NCBI GenBank assembly: GCA_019414665.1
Contig: DXLO01000001.1
Span: forward strand, 28,472 to 92,471
Direction: 5' to 3'
DNA length: 64,000 nt
Origin: Bacteroides sp.
GTDB lineage: Bacteria > Bacteroidota > Bacteroidia > Bacteroidales > Bacteroidaceae
Position numbers and translations under genes: made by a program. A model generated the notes under the pieces. The model searched no databases, was not told the origin of the DNA, and saw only the letters and a list, made by a program, of their open reading frames with translations. Every line of letters starts with the position of its first letter. The stretch's first letter is position 1. Of this stretch, positions 30,280 through 40,823 are shown in pieces.

Positions 30280-31179
30280 ATGAACATTATAGCCGTAGTT
30301 GTAACCTACAACCGAATGGAACTTCTGAAAAGAAATATTCGTTGTCTGCAACAAAACAAGCCGATATCTTCCATTGTAATAGTAAATAACGGAAGCACGG
30401 ACGGTACAACGGAATGGCTTGCCGCACAGGAAGGGCTGACAGTAATCAATCAGACCAATGTGGGCGGTGCGGGAGGATTCTATACAGGCATACAATACGC
30501 TTATCAGGCGGGTGCCGACTGGATTTGGTGCATGGATGACGATGTATTTCCGCGGGCCGACTGTCTGGAACAACTCTTGCCGTATACCGGCAAGAAAGAT
30601 ATCGGCATACTGGCCCCTCGCAGGTTGCTCGAAGGAGAAATATTCACCCATGACTTCCAGGCATACAACCTGAGCAATCCTTTTGTATCCATGTACAGCA
30701 AGAAACTGGCAGGACGGCACATCACCTCACCGACAGAAATTATGGGAACAGCTTTCGAAGGTCCGTTCATCCGCCGCGAAGTCGTTGAGAAGATAGGTCT
30801 TCCCAATAAAGACCTTTTCATTTTCTGTGATGATACAGATTACTGTCTCCGCACCATACGGGCAGGGTACAAAATACTCTATATACCTGATGCCCTGATG
30901 GATAAAGAGAAATTCTTCTCCAACGACACATGGAATGAGCGAAGCAAGAAGAAAAAGTGGAAACGCTTTTATCAGATCCGTAATTCAACTTATTTAAACC
31001 ATCACTACGGACGCAACATAGCAGTGAAATATCTTCGCGGCTTCAACGGAGTAATGGGATATATTTTCATCGCGTTGTTCACCAGTCCGTTTGCAAAAGC
31101 CTATCAATGGAAAGATATACCCCGATTATGGAAAGCCTATTGCGACGGAATACATGAAAAACTTGGAATTATGAGCTGA
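30280..31179 (+). CDS. GT2 glycosyltransferase, GlfT1-like (candidate galactofuranosyltransferase)
   Basis: VVVTYNR, NVGGAGGF, WIWCMDDD, CDDTDY. Confidence 0.8.
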   Translation: MNIIAVVVTYNRMELLKRNIRCLQQNKPISSIVIVNNGSTDGTTEWLAAQEGLTVINQTNVGGAGGFYTGIQYAYQAGADWIWCMDDDVFPRADCLEQLLPYTGKKDIGILAPRRLLEGEIFTHDFQAYNLSNPFVSMYSKKLAGRHITSPTEIMGTAFEGPFIRREVVEKIGLPNKDLFIFCDDTDYCLRTIRAGYKILYIPDALMDKEKFFSNDTWNERSKKKKWKRFYQIRNSTYLNHHYGRNIAVKYLRGFNGVMGYIFIALFTSPFAKAYQWKDIPRLWKAYCDGIHEKLGIMS

Positions 31180-31406
31180 AAAACGGCAACACTCTTACAA
31201 GTTAATGTTTCATAATAAACTAGCATTTATATACTATATTTACAGAAAAAGAGTAAATTTGTTATATAATTAGATATCAGAATATTATGAGAAAACTAAG
31301 GATTACGTTATCTATTATAATGAGTTCAGAATAAAACAAATTCTTTTGACAATAGTATTAATTATCTCTAATATGACAGGTAGAAATCAATAATCATTGG
31401 TTATTT

Positions 31407-32318
31407 ATGAGCAATTTATTACTATCCAAAATAGGGCACGTTATATCCGAATTTCCTTTGGCTTTTAAACAAACGAAAGAAGTCAAATTATTCATGACAT
31501 TGCTGGTAAAAAACGAAGAAGGGATGCTGGAAGAGAATTTACAGTTCCATAAAGCGATGGGAGTGGACGGGTTTATCATTACTGATAATAACTCCACAGA
31601 CTCAACTCCGGACATTATCCGTAAATACAAACAAAAAGGGTGGATTAAAGAAGTGATAGAAGAAAAGGCTACCAACTATGAACAAAAGGACTGGGTAGAC
31701 CGTATGATTTGGAAAGCCAAAACCATTTATAAGGCCGACTGGATTATCAATGCCGATGCCGACGAATTATGGTATGCCCCTACCGGCAATTTGAAAGATG
31801 AATTATATGCCACCAATGCCAATGTGCTGAATTGTGAAATGAGAAGTGTCTATCCTGAAGAAGAAAAGCCCTTTTGGCAATGGGATAAGACTGTAAAAGC
31901 GGTAACCGAACCTGAAAAATATGACTTGTCACTCTATTCGCTGTTTGAGCGTCAGAACAAAAAAGTCATTCACCGGACTGCCGGTTACCTGCAAATTTCA
32001 ATGGGAAACCATAAAGTAACCATGTTCCCACAAAACTCTGCCGACAGCCATATCCATGTATATCATTACAATATACGCGGCAAGCAGCAGTTTATGGAAA
32101 AGATGATAAATGGCGGCAAGCAACTGGAGCAACACAAGGGCAGACACGGAGGTCGCCACTGGCGCTACTTCTATCAGTTACATAAAGAAGGAAAACTAGA
32201 GGCTGAATATGAACGTGTTATCGGCAGTGCTTATTTTGAAGCACTTCGCAAAGACGGATTCATTATTCCGGATGTAACGATTCCTAATTTCTTTAAAAGA
32301 TTAAAACCTGATATATAA
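31407..32318 (+). CDS. GT2-like glycosyltransferase (Glyco_tranf_2_4 type)
   Basis: LLVKNEE, ITDNNSTD, INADADE, GNH. Confidence 0.82.
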   Translation: MSNLLLSKIGHVISEFPLAFKQTKEVKLFMTLLVKNEEGMLEENLQFHKAMGVDGFIITDNNSTDSTPDIIRKYKQKGWIKEVIEEKATNYEQKDWVDRMIWKAKTIYKADWIINADADELWYAPTGNLKDELYATNANVLNCEMRSVYPEEEKPFWQWDKTVKAVTEPEKYDLSLYSLFERQNKKVIHRTAGYLQISMGNHKVTMFPQNSADSHIHVYHYNIRGKQQFMEKMINGGKQLEQHKGRHGGRHWRYFYQLHKEGKLEAEYERVIGSAYFEALRKDGFIIPDVTIPNFFKRLKPDI

Positions 32319-33211
32319 TGAAACATGCATTTCTGATTATCGCCCACAATGAATATCCGGTACTGGAGGTACTACTTTCCATGTTGGACGATGAACGTAA
32401 TGACATTTATTTGCATATTGACAAACGGGCTACAGAACTGTTTCAGCAAATAAAAAAAGTCAAAATGCAGAAAGCCGGCTTTTATTTAATAGAAAATCCC
32501 ATCAAAGTATATTGGGGTGATATCAGCCAAGTACAAGTAGAATATCTTCTCTTTGAAACGGCCTTATCACACGGTCCCTATGCTTATTATCATTTATTAT
32601 CCGGAACGGATTTGCCCATAAAAAGCCAAGATTACATTCATGCTTTTTTCCAGCAGAATGCCGGTAAAGAATTTGTAGGCTTTTGGCAGGATGCCGCTCA
32701 TCAGCGTGATTTGGAGCGCAAAGTATTCCGATACTATTTTTTTACAAAAAGGTTAAAAGATAAGGAACATCTGTTACATGGAATTACAGCATTAATCCGA
32801 AACCTCATATTAGCAGTACAGAAAATAAGCCATTATCGCAGAAAACAAACTTTTGAATTCAAAAAAGGAGGAAATTGGATAAGTATTACCGAAAACGCAG
32901 TCAAGTATCTATTACAATACAAAGAGATTGTATTAAATCGTATGAAATATACACTTTGCGCAGATGAAATATTCATTCAAACTATTTTATGGAACTCTCC
33001 TTTTCGAGAAAGAATGCATTGTACGAACAATGCCAATACCGGTAGTATGCGGGAAATTGACTGGGAGCATGGCAGCCCCTATATATGGCAAGACCATGAT
33101 TATCAGACGCTTATTAACTCTAATAAAATATTTGCACGGAAATTCAATTCAAACCAGATGGGAGTTGTCTACAAGATTCAAAAATTATATTTAAAACAAG
33201 TTCCCAAATGA
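32318..33211 (+). CDS. GT14 / core-2/I-branching-like glycosyltransferase
   Basis: KHAFLIIAH, YLHID, LLSGTDLP, ADEIFIQT, FARKF. Confidence 0.88.
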   Translation: MKHAFLIIAHNEYPVLEVLLSMLDDERNDIYLHIDKRATELFQQIKKVKMQKAGFYLIENPIKVYWGDISQVQVEYLLFETALSHGPYAYYHLLSGTDLPIKSQDYIHAFFQQNAGKEFVGFWQDAAHQRDLERKVFRYYFFTKRLKDKEHLLHGITALIRNLILAVQKISHYRRKQTFEFKKGGNWISITENAVKYLLQYKEIVLNRMKYTLCADEIFIQTILWNSPFRERMHCTNNANTGSMREIDWEHGSPYIWQDHDYQTLINSNKIFARKFNSNQMGVVYKIQKLYLKQVPK

Positions 33212-34386
33212 ATATACTATTTTATACTACCAATGAAGTTGCGCCACAATACGGAGGTGTTGAAAGAGTTACTGCTAATATTGCAAATGCATTAACTACT
33301 TTTTATAATGTGAACTGTTACTCTGCCTATAAATACAACATTGACAAATCCTTTATTAAACAGCAATTCGTTAATACAATTAAAATCAATTCTTATCACA
33401 ATCTCAATAATTTAATCCAATTTATAGAACAAAATAAAATTGACGTCATTATTAATCAAGGAGAGCATAAGTTAACTAAGAGTTTAAGACTTGCTTTAAA
33501 CCAGTCTCAAAACAAAAAATGCAAGCTAATGTTTGCACTCCACGTAAGTCCTGCCACGGAAATTAATTTCATCACCTTAGATAATCCTAAAAAAGAACTA
33601 AAAGAAGGAAAGAACATTAGGAAAAACATCAGCAAATTTTTATCCTTTCCATATCAAAAGATAAGAAAAATAATAAAACTACCTATTTTATATAGAGAGT
33701 CATATCATTTTGCCGATAAGGTTATCTTATTATCTTCTCATTTCAAAAAGCCGTTTCTAGAATACTCTCATTTAAAAGATGATAGTAAAATAAGAATAAT
33801 CCATAATGCTCTTTCATTTCACTCTTTCTATGATTTAGCCAACTATAATCACAAAAAGAAAGAAGTACTTATTGTATCCAGACTGGAAGAAGAACCTAAA
33901 AGAATTTCTCTGGCTTTAAAGATTTGGAAGGAAATTGAAACAGACCATACTCTATCCGAATGGAAGCTAAAAATAGTAGGACATGGGAAAATGGAAAGCT
34001 GGTACAAAAGTCTAGTCATACATTATGGCTTACAACGTGTCTTTTTTGAAGGGACAAAAAATCCGGAACCTTATTATAATGAAGCTTCTATTTTTATGAT
34101 GACCTCATCTTTTGAAGGATGGGGGCTGACATTAACCGAGGCACAACAATATGGTTGCGTTCCTTTAGCTTTTCATAGTTTTGCTTCATTGACAGACATA
34201 ATAACAGATAAAGTCAATGGGTTTGCTATCCCCAATGATGATATATCACTATATATTAAACAGATGAAGCTATTGATGACAGATGAAAAGCTACGTAAAT
34301 CAATGTCTGCCAACGCTATTGAAAGTAGCAAGCAATTTTCCATCGAAATTATCATAAAGAAATGGATGGAAGTGATCAATGAATAA
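33208..34386 (+). CDS. GT4 glycosyltransferase (AT-rich)
   Basis: GGVERVT, VSRL, SSFEGWGLTLTEAQQYG. Confidence 0.9.
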   Translation: MNILFYTTNEVAPQYGGVERVTANIANALTTFYNVNCYSAYKYNIDKSFIKQQFVNTIKINSYHNLNNLIQFIEQNKIDVIINQGEHKLTKSLRLALNQSQNKKCKLMFALHVSPATEINFITLDNPKKELKEGKNIRKNISKFLSFPYQKIRKIIKLPILYRESYHFADKVILLSSHFKKPFLEYSHLKDDSKIRIIHNALSFHSFYDLANYNHKKKEVLIVSRLEEEPKRISLALKIWKEIETDHTLSEWKLKIVGHGKMESWYKSLVIHYGLQRVFFEGTKNPEPYYNEASIFMMTSSFEGWGLTLTEAQQYGCVPLAFHSFASLTDIITDKVNGFAIPNDDISLYIKQMKLLMTDEKLRKSMSANAIESSKQFSIEIIIKKWMEVINE

Positions 34387-34930
34387 TACTTTTATTTTTA
34401 TCATACCAAATCAAAATTCTAATAATTCCATGCTCTCTTATATGCAATTACAAGATAATCAGCGCTATCCAAAATAAAATTTCATACCGTCTTAACATTA
34501 TCCCCCCCTTCAAAAAATCCTGGCTTCCTTTAGGATTCACCTGAAAAATCAAGGGGAGAACCTTTGTTCTTAAAGTATCATTTTATTCTTTGGATAACAT
34601 CCGAAAGTATTCTTAATATATCAGCTCACTAGAAAGTTCGGAACATTTATACCCTCATGCCCTCACTACATTTTAAAACAGAATTTCTCATAACCTACTT
34701 ACTGTCAGTTATATATTCTTTCCTGTAAGCTGCTCCGACTTGATATAAAGTATGGCATTTTCAGACTTTTTCCTTGCAAAAGTGCAATAAAGAGTGTGTA
34801 CTTTCACAGAATGACGGATAACGAAGGCATGGCAACGGTGAAAAAGATCAAAACGTTTAAAAGAATTCATTATCTTTCCTTCAAAATAAGACAATCAATA
34901 ATACAGGCTATCTATAAATTCTTCCAATAA
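34379..34930 (+). pseudogene. Probable decayed glycosyltransferase gene
   Basis: ATG overlaps the GT4 stop and reads MNNTFIFIIPNQN...NQRYPK* (loosely like a GT2 N-terminus). A start-less frame 34694-34930 ends ...IIQAIYKFFQ*, with stops in between. Confidence 0.3.
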
Positions 34931-35017
34931 ATAAGGGAATGAATGGATGTGTATAGCAGTCAGCCCTATTGCATAAGCTTTTTCTATCTCCAGATTAAAC
35001 CTTTTTATATGCATCTA

Positions 35018-35110
35018 TTCTATCTCCATAGCCTTTGGAGTTATCTCCATAAGCTTTGGAGTTATCTCCCAAGACTATGGAGTTAACTCCAAAGGCTTGC
35101 GGAGATAGAA
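35018..35110. repeat. Four ~21-bp hairpin units with 10-bp terminal inverted repeats (MITE/REP-like)
   Basis: TATCTCCATAGCCTTTGGAGT, TATCTCCATAAGCTTTGGAGT, TATCTCCCAAGACTATGGAGT, TAACTCCAAAGGCTTGCGGAG; ends TTCTATCTCC...GGAGATAGAA. Confidence 0.85.
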
Positions 35111-35388
35111 CAAACAGGAAGAAAACCCTTAACCATACAGCAAGAAATGTTTAGGGATGCGGATAAGATATTTTAAGGATGAATCTGATTTTAAAACCAC
35201 ACAATTCCTTACGGATGAAAAAACTCCCCAATGTCCTTCTTTAAAAAAGTGAAACAATATATGACAGGAAGATATACATCTGACTATACATACAGGACAG
35301 AAATATGAAGTGAGGGCATATATGCACCCAAACTTTTTATGAAAATACAGGCACTCTTGAGAAATCGCAAGCGGCTGCATAAATGAAA

Positions 35389-36321
35389 TTAAGAGAACAA
35401 CCTAAAATTCCTGAAAAACGTAGTAAAGGCCGCCCTTTTATTAAATCTTCCCAAAGCCATAGATACCCCCCACAAACCACATATATTATAATGTTTATGC
35501 AATGAAATACGAAGGATGGTATGGATATAGCATTGCAATGCACTAATCAGCTCCGGATCATCCACATAATCGGAAAACATATTCCTCATCCATCTCAAGA
35601 AAAGAATAGTAGCGTGCAATTTATCTTTGTCATGACCGGCAGAGTTACTGATGTTTGCACCTTCAACATTCCTCCAACATACAGGCTGCCCCGGCAAAGA
35701 AATAACACCCCCCGCATGACGGGCAAAAGCAGCCCACGTAGCATCATCCGAACACCAAGCCATAGGAAAATGAACAAAACCACCCGCCGACTGCCATATC
35801 TCCCGACTGAACACGTACTCTACGGCAGCCGAATCTATCTTTCCCTGTAACTTATCTAGCAGCAGCCGGTAACAAGACACACTTCCTTCTTCCAAAGGAC
35901 GATTGGCACGTATCCGCTTGTTTTCACCATCAATGACAGCTAATGGAAAACGAAAGAAATATCCTCGCTGATGGTGTGGGCGCGACAAAACCTCCATGAC
36001 ACGTTCCACACCATCAGCCGGCATCAAATCATCATCCGAGAAAAGCCAGATAAACGGCTCTGCAGACAGCTGGATACACCTCTCCCAATGGGCCACCAAA
36101 TCTTTGCCCCCCATATTTTCGCTAAAGCGATGATACACCAGATTTACCTTATTCTGATAAGATTCCACAATCTTATCCAATCTTTCAGGACTTGCATCAT
36201 CACCTATATATAACACGAACTCATCTTTATGGGCCTGAACTGCAATTGAGTCGAGCGTTTCCTTAAGGAAACGCCCCTTGTAGGCAGGAATAACAATTGC
36301 CAATTTCTTTATTTGCTCCAC
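35389..36321 (-). CDS. GT2 glycosyltransferase
   Basis: AIVIPAYK, IGDDAS, LFSDDD; GTG start. Confidence 0.88.
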   Translation of the reverse strand: MEQIKKLAIVIPAYKGRFLKETLDSIAVQAHKDEFVLYIGDDASPERLDKIVESYQNKVNLVYHRFSENMGGKDLVAHWERCIQLSAEPFIWLFSDDDLMPADGVERVMEVLSRPHHQRGYFFRFPLAVIDGENKRIRANRPLEEGSVSCYRLLLDKLQGKIDSAAVEYVFSREIWQSAGGFVHFPMAWCSDDATWAAFARHAGGVISLPGQPVCWRNVEGANISNSAGHDKDKLHATILFLRWMRNMFSDYVDDPELISALQCYIHTILRISLHKHYNICGLWGVSMALGRFNKRAAFTTFFRNFRLFS

Positions 36322-36322
36322 T

Positions 36323-38161
36323 TTACAAAGACTGCATATCGTTCAACTTCTTGTAATATCCATTCAAGGCTATCAGTTCATCGTGAGTTCCTCTTTCTAC
36401 GATATCGCCTTCATAAAGTACACAAATTTCATCGGCATTCTTAATGGTACTCAATCTATGTGCGATAGCGATAGTAGTACGCGATTTCATCAAACGCTCC
36501 AACGCTTCCTGAACCAAACGCTCGGACTCTGTGTCAAGAGCCGAAGTAGCCTCATCTAATATAAGGATAGGAGGATTTTTCAAAATTGCACGGGCTATAC
36601 TGACACGCTGACGCTGACCACCGGACAAACGCCCTCCACGATCACCAATCATCGTGTCATATCCTTTTTCCGTTTCCATAATGAAATCATGTGCATTCGC
36701 TATCTTGGCAGCTTCTATTACTTGCTCCATAGTGGCATTCTCTACACCAAAAGTAATATTGTTATAGAAGGTGTCATTAAACAGAATAGCTTCCTGATTT
36801 ACATTACCAATCAGAGAACGTAAACTGTGGATGGATACATCTTTCACATTTTTGCCGTCAATCAGCAATGCACCCTCCGATACATCGTGATAACGCGGTA
36901 CCAAGTCCACTAAAGTAGACTTTCCGGAACCGGACTGGCCCACCAGTGCAATCGTTTTTCCTTTAGGAACAGTCAGATTGATATGGTTCAAGACCGGACG
37001 CCCTTCTACATAGCTGAAACTTACATTTTTAAACTCTAACTTATCTGTGAAAGCGTCCAATGGCAAAGGCTGCTCCGGCTCTACGATATGATTTTCCGCT
37101 TTCAATATCATATCAATTCGCTCCATACTGGCCAATCCCTGCGGAATATTATAAAATGCTCTTGAAAATTCTTTCAAAGGATTGATGATACTATAAAGGA
37201 TAATCAGATAAAATATGAAAGTAGCCGCATCCATCGGAGCATAGTTTGTATTTAAGATTAAAGCACCGCCAAACAACAGCACGGTCACAATCACACAAGT
37301 GCCTAAAAACTCACTCATGGGGTGGGCTGAACTTTGCCGGATAATCATCTCGTTCATTGCATCGCGGAAGTCATTGTTTGTTTTAGAGAACCGGGCAGAC
37401 ATTTTGCTTTCGGCTATAAACGCTTTGATAACCCTTAAACCTCCTAATGTTTCATCCAATTGGGACATAATATCTCCCCATTGCGCCTGTGCTGTAGAGG
37501 ACTGTCTTTTCAGCTTCCGGCTGACAACCCCCATTATCCAACCTGTCAGAGGTAAAATAAAGATAACAAAAAGCGTCATTTGCCAACTTACCGAAAACAG
37601 AGTGACAAAACAAACCAAAAGAGCGATAGGATTACGGATAAGCATATCGATGGAACTGGTCAACGAGTTCTCCACCACCGTAACATCCGCACTCATACGG
37701 GCTATGATATCTCCTTTACGTTCTTCTGAGAAAAAACTCAAAGGAAGACTTAACACTTTATTATAAACCTGAATACGGATATCCCGGACAATACCTGTAC
37801 GCAAAGGTACCATGACAGCCGCAGAAGCAAAATAACCGGCAGTTTTCAACATAGTCATAAAGATAAGTATTCCTCCCATCATGGCAAGTGTATAGAACGC
37901 ACCATTTGTAGCCACAAAATTGCTCACAAAGTAATAGGCATTATTTATGAGTACATCCTTATCCAAATTATGAATATCCATAGGAATGTACTCATAAGAC
38001 TTGGTATCAATTTTGAACAGAATGTTCAAAATTGGCACAATCGCCATGAACGAAAACACATTAAGCCATTGCGACAGAAAGTTCAGTATCAATGCCCATG
38101 TCAAATATTTGCGGTATGGAAGAATATACCGCTTCAACAAACTAAAGAACTGTTTCAGCAT
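36323..38161 (-). CDS. MsbA-like ABC exporter (TMD + NBD)
   Basis: GQSGSGKS, LSGGQRQR, ILDEATSALD; location in LPS locus suggests a lipid A-core flippase. Confidence 0.9.
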   Translation of the reverse strand: MLKQFFSLLKRYILPYRKYLTWALILNFLSQWLNVFSFMAIVPILNILFKIDTKSYEYIPMDIHNLDKDVLINNAYYFVSNFVATNGAFYTLAMMGGILIFMTMLKTAGYFASAAVMVPLRTGIVRDIRIQVYNKVLSLPLSFFSEERKGDIIARMSADVTVVENSLTSSIDMLIRNPIALLVCFVTLFSVSWQMTLFVIFILPLTGWIMGVVSRKLKRQSSTAQAQWGDIMSQLDETLGGLRVIKAFIAESKMSARFSKTNNDFRDAMNEMIIRQSSAHPMSEFLGTCVIVTVLLFGGALILNTNYAPMDAATFIFYLIILYSIINPLKEFSRAFYNIPQGLASMERIDMILKAENHIVEPEQPLPLDAFTDKLEFKNVSFSYVEGRPVLNHINLTVPKGKTIALVGQSGSGKSTLVDLVPRYHDVSEGALLIDGKNVKDVSIHSLRSLIGNVNQEAILFNDTFYNNITFGVENATMEQVIEAAKIANAHDFIMETEKGYDTMIGDRGGRLSGGQRQRVSIARAILKNPPILILDEATSALDTESERLVQEALERLMKSRTTIAIAHRLSTIKNADEICVLYEGDIVERGTHDELIALNGYYKKLNDMQSL

Positions 38162-38218
38162 AATTATCAATTATATATAATGCCGCAAAGGTAACAAAAA
38201 AGAAATAATCACCCAAGA

Positions 38219-39535
38219 TTACCCCACTTTATCCCCTAATATTTGTTCATACACGGCAAGCCTTCTTTCCTGCATCTGTCCGGGGTTATATACTTGCCGC
38301 AAACTGTCTTCCGCATGGGTAACCAACTGTCTCTGCAACTGCGGATTACTTGACAAGGCTATGACAGCTTCTGCAAATCCGGCAGGGTCATCAACAATCA
38401 AGCAATCTTCACCATCCTTAAAATCAATGCCTTCCACACCCTTTGCCGTCGTTACAAAAGGTACTTTTGACAATACAGCATCTAATATTTTCATACGCAT
38501 ACCACTACCGATACGTATTGGAACAACAGCAACACTGCCTTTTAAAAAAGAGCCCAGATCTTCCACATAGCCTGCCAGCTTCAATTCCGGGTATTCGGAC
38601 TGCAAACGATTGATACACTCTCCACGCCATTTACCAATTACTTGCAATGTAAACGAAAAATGACGTTTACGCAGATGCGGAATCACTTCGTGACAGAACC
38701 ATGCCACGGCATCCAGATTGGGAAAATGATCCTCACTTCCCACAAAAGTCAGGCGTCCGCTTTGGACCGGAACAAAAGGCTGTTCCAGCCTGTCACCCAC
38801 TTGCACCACAGCCGGAGAAGTGTAGATATGGTCTTTCCGTCCTATGAAGTCCTCCATAATTTTACGGTCTACTTCAGTCAGAACAATAACATCTTTATAT
38901 TTCAATAATGCACTGCGCTCAAAATCCTTTGCTATATGAAACAACATCCTGTCACCGGCAGTCTGTTCCCTGAACAAAGTAATCTCCTTTTCATTACGGA
39001 TGTAGCGGAGTTCATGATGCACAAAAATAGTCTGTACATTTTCAGGCAACAAGAATCCCAATGACAACAGTTCATAAAACTCTACTTGAATAATATCAAA
39101 ACCTGAATGAGCCACCTGAGAAACATACTCCACATACCCCTGGTCTAGCGGCTGGAAACAAGAGCTGAACAAAGTACTCTTTCCCCGTACTAAATCCACA
39201 ACTTCGCCCGTTTCATCCGTCCATATCTGTTGCCGGTTCATTTTACGGGTTACAGACACATGTATCTTTTGCAGCCATTTATAATAAAAAGGATGTTTAA
39301 TTTTGGGTAATCTGACAGTTTTAGTTTTAGGAGTATAAATAAAGAAATCCACATTATCCCAAATTTTCTTCAATGACTCTACATCTTGCATACGTCTCCC
39401 TGTTTCAGGATAAAGCAATACAGATACGGCCATCTTATGACGCAGATATTCCACCATATTAAAGAAAGCTTGATTACCGCCCGAATCCAGCGGATAAGGA
39501 ATGTACGGAATAATAAAAAGAATTTTCTTTCTCAT
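38219..39535 (-). CDS. GT4 glycosyltransferase
   Basis: PYPLDSGG, FVGS..HFPN, PIRIGSGMRMKILDA. Confidence 0.88.
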   Translation of the reverse strand: MRKKILFIIPYIPYPLDSGGNQAFFNMVEYLRHKMAVSVLLYPETGRRMQDVESLKKIWDNVDFFIYTPKTKTVRLPKIKHPFYYKWLQKIHVSVTRKMNRQQIWTDETGEVVDLVRGKSTLFSSCFQPLDQGYVEYVSQVAHSGFDIIQVEFYELLSLGFLLPENVQTIFVHHELRYIRNEKEITLFREQTAGDRMLFHIAKDFERSALLKYKDVIVLTEVDRKIMEDFIGRKDHIYTSPAVVQVGDRLEQPFVPVQSGRLTFVGSEDHFPNLDAVAWFCHEVIPHLRKRHFSFTLQVIGKWRGECINRLQSEYPELKLAGYVEDLGSFLKGSVAVVPIRIGSGMRMKILDAVLSKVPFVTTAKGVEGIDFKDGEDCLIVDDPAGFAEAVIALSSNPQLQRQLVTHAEDSLRQVYNPGQMQERRLAVYEQILGDKVG

Positions 39536-39614
39536 ACTAATTGAATTTAAACAATAGTCTAATGTCTAATTTAATTTTTAGTTTAATACAGCAAATGCTA
39601 TGTAGTGTATAATG

Positions 39615-39745
39615 CAAAGATACAAGAAAGACTGCATACTAAAATGTTAATTATCGTTTCTTTTTAAAAGTTCAACAAAATTCCTGTTTTTTGAAAAAAA
39701 AACAAAGAAGCAACTTGTTTATTTACCTGTATAACATTACATTTG
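39615..39745. promoter_or_regulatory. Divergent sigma-A promoters (GT4 / GT2)
   Basis: TATCTTTG on minus (39615-39622); TACATTTG on plus (39738-39745). Confidence 0.6.
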
Positions 39746-39780
39746 TAGAAATAAAACAAGAACTAACTTAACAATAAAGC

Positions 39781-40770
39781 ATGAATGCACTTCCCTTGGT
39801 CAGTGTAGTGGTACCTAATTATAATTATAAACGATACCTCAATCTACGAATTCAGAGTATTCTGCAACAGACCTATCAGAATATCGAACTGATTTTACTT
39901 GATGATGCCTCAACAGACGGTAGCGAAGAGGTATTATCGGACTATCAAGACCATGCCAAAGTGAGCCATATTCTATTAAACGAACACAACACCGGAAATC
40001 CATTTAAACAATGGTTTAAAGGCATGCAATTAGCCAAAGGAAAATATATATGGATAGCCGAAGCCGATGACTTGTGTGAGCTTACTTTTTTAGAGAAAGT
40101 AGTTCCTTTAATGGAGAAATACCAACAAGCCGCCGTATGCTTTGCCGGTTCCAAGTATATTGATAAAGACGGTAATGTGCTGAGTTACGACATGAACAAA
40201 TGGAAATCTGCCATACCTCCATACGCCGTATTCAATGGGAAGACTTATGCCGAACATAACCTTTACTGGCGCAGCTATATAGCCAATGCAAGCTCGGCCA
40301 TTTTCAGAAAAAGCATGGTAAATGCCCAAAATATGGAACAATGCCTGCAAATGCGCTACAGCGGCGACTGGCTGTTCTGGTTTTATATGGCAATGCAAGG
40401 AGACATTATAGAAAGATATGAAGTACTGAACTACTTCAGACAACATAACCAGAAAGTTACCGTCAAAGCTGAAAACAACGGAGGGGGTAAGAGCGAAGAT
40501 ATTGAGATAGTACGCATTATGGAACAACACCTTACCCACCTGAGCAGATACAAACGGTGCATACGAAGGGGAATGCTTTACAACCGCATTGCCAAACTAA
40601 GCACAACAGACCGGGTAAAACTGCAATTATGGGAACTCCTCCGGCAGAAATTAAACGGAACGCGGAAAGACGGACGTCTGGAGCGCCTCAACCGGATAGC
40701 ACGGCTATTCTGTCCTTTTGTTCTGACTATGAAAAGAGACCGCCTTACTCCTTCCCGAGAAATAGGATAA
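39781..40770 (+). CDS. GT2 glycosyltransferase
   Basis: PLVSVVVPNYN, LDDASTD, IAEADD, SGDW. Confidence 0.92.
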   Translation: MNALPLVSVVVPNYNYKRYLNLRIQSILQQTYQNIELILLDDASTDGSEEVLSDYQDHAKVSHILLNEHNTGNPFKQWFKGMQLAKGKYIWIAEADDLCELTFLEKVVPLMEKYQQAAVCFAGSKYIDKDGNVLSYDMNKWKSAIPPYAVFNGKTYAEHNLYWRSYIANASSAIFRKSMVNAQNMEQCLQMRYSGDWLFWFYMAMQGDIIERYEVLNYFRQHNQKVTVKAENNGGGKSEDIEIVRIMEQHLTHLSRYKRCIRRGMLYNRIAKLSTTDRVKLQLWELLRQKLNGTRKDGRLERLNRIARLFCPFVLTMKRDRLTPSREIG

Positions 40771-40798
40771 GAAACGGAAACTGCTTGCCCATATTTTC

Positions 40799-40823
40799 GG
40801 GCGGACTCACATGTCTGCCCCTA
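40799..40823 (-). repeat. Short REP-like hairpin
   Basis: GGGCGGAC-TCACAT-GTCTGCCC-CTA; minus strand reads TAGGGGCAGAC...GTCCGCCC. Confidence 0.4.

Noticed and set aside
31287..31393. Short frames in the AT-rich spacer as a gene remnant
   Set aside because: Too short and featureless to assign.
35018..35110. Possible mini-CRISPR array
   Set aside because: Units are contiguous 21-mers with no unique spacers, orientation flips within the element, and there are no cas genes.
35129..35380. 83-aa Cys-rich minus-strand ORF just after the GT2 gene
   Set aside because: Position is plausible, but I recognise no family motif; cannot be supported without a homology search.
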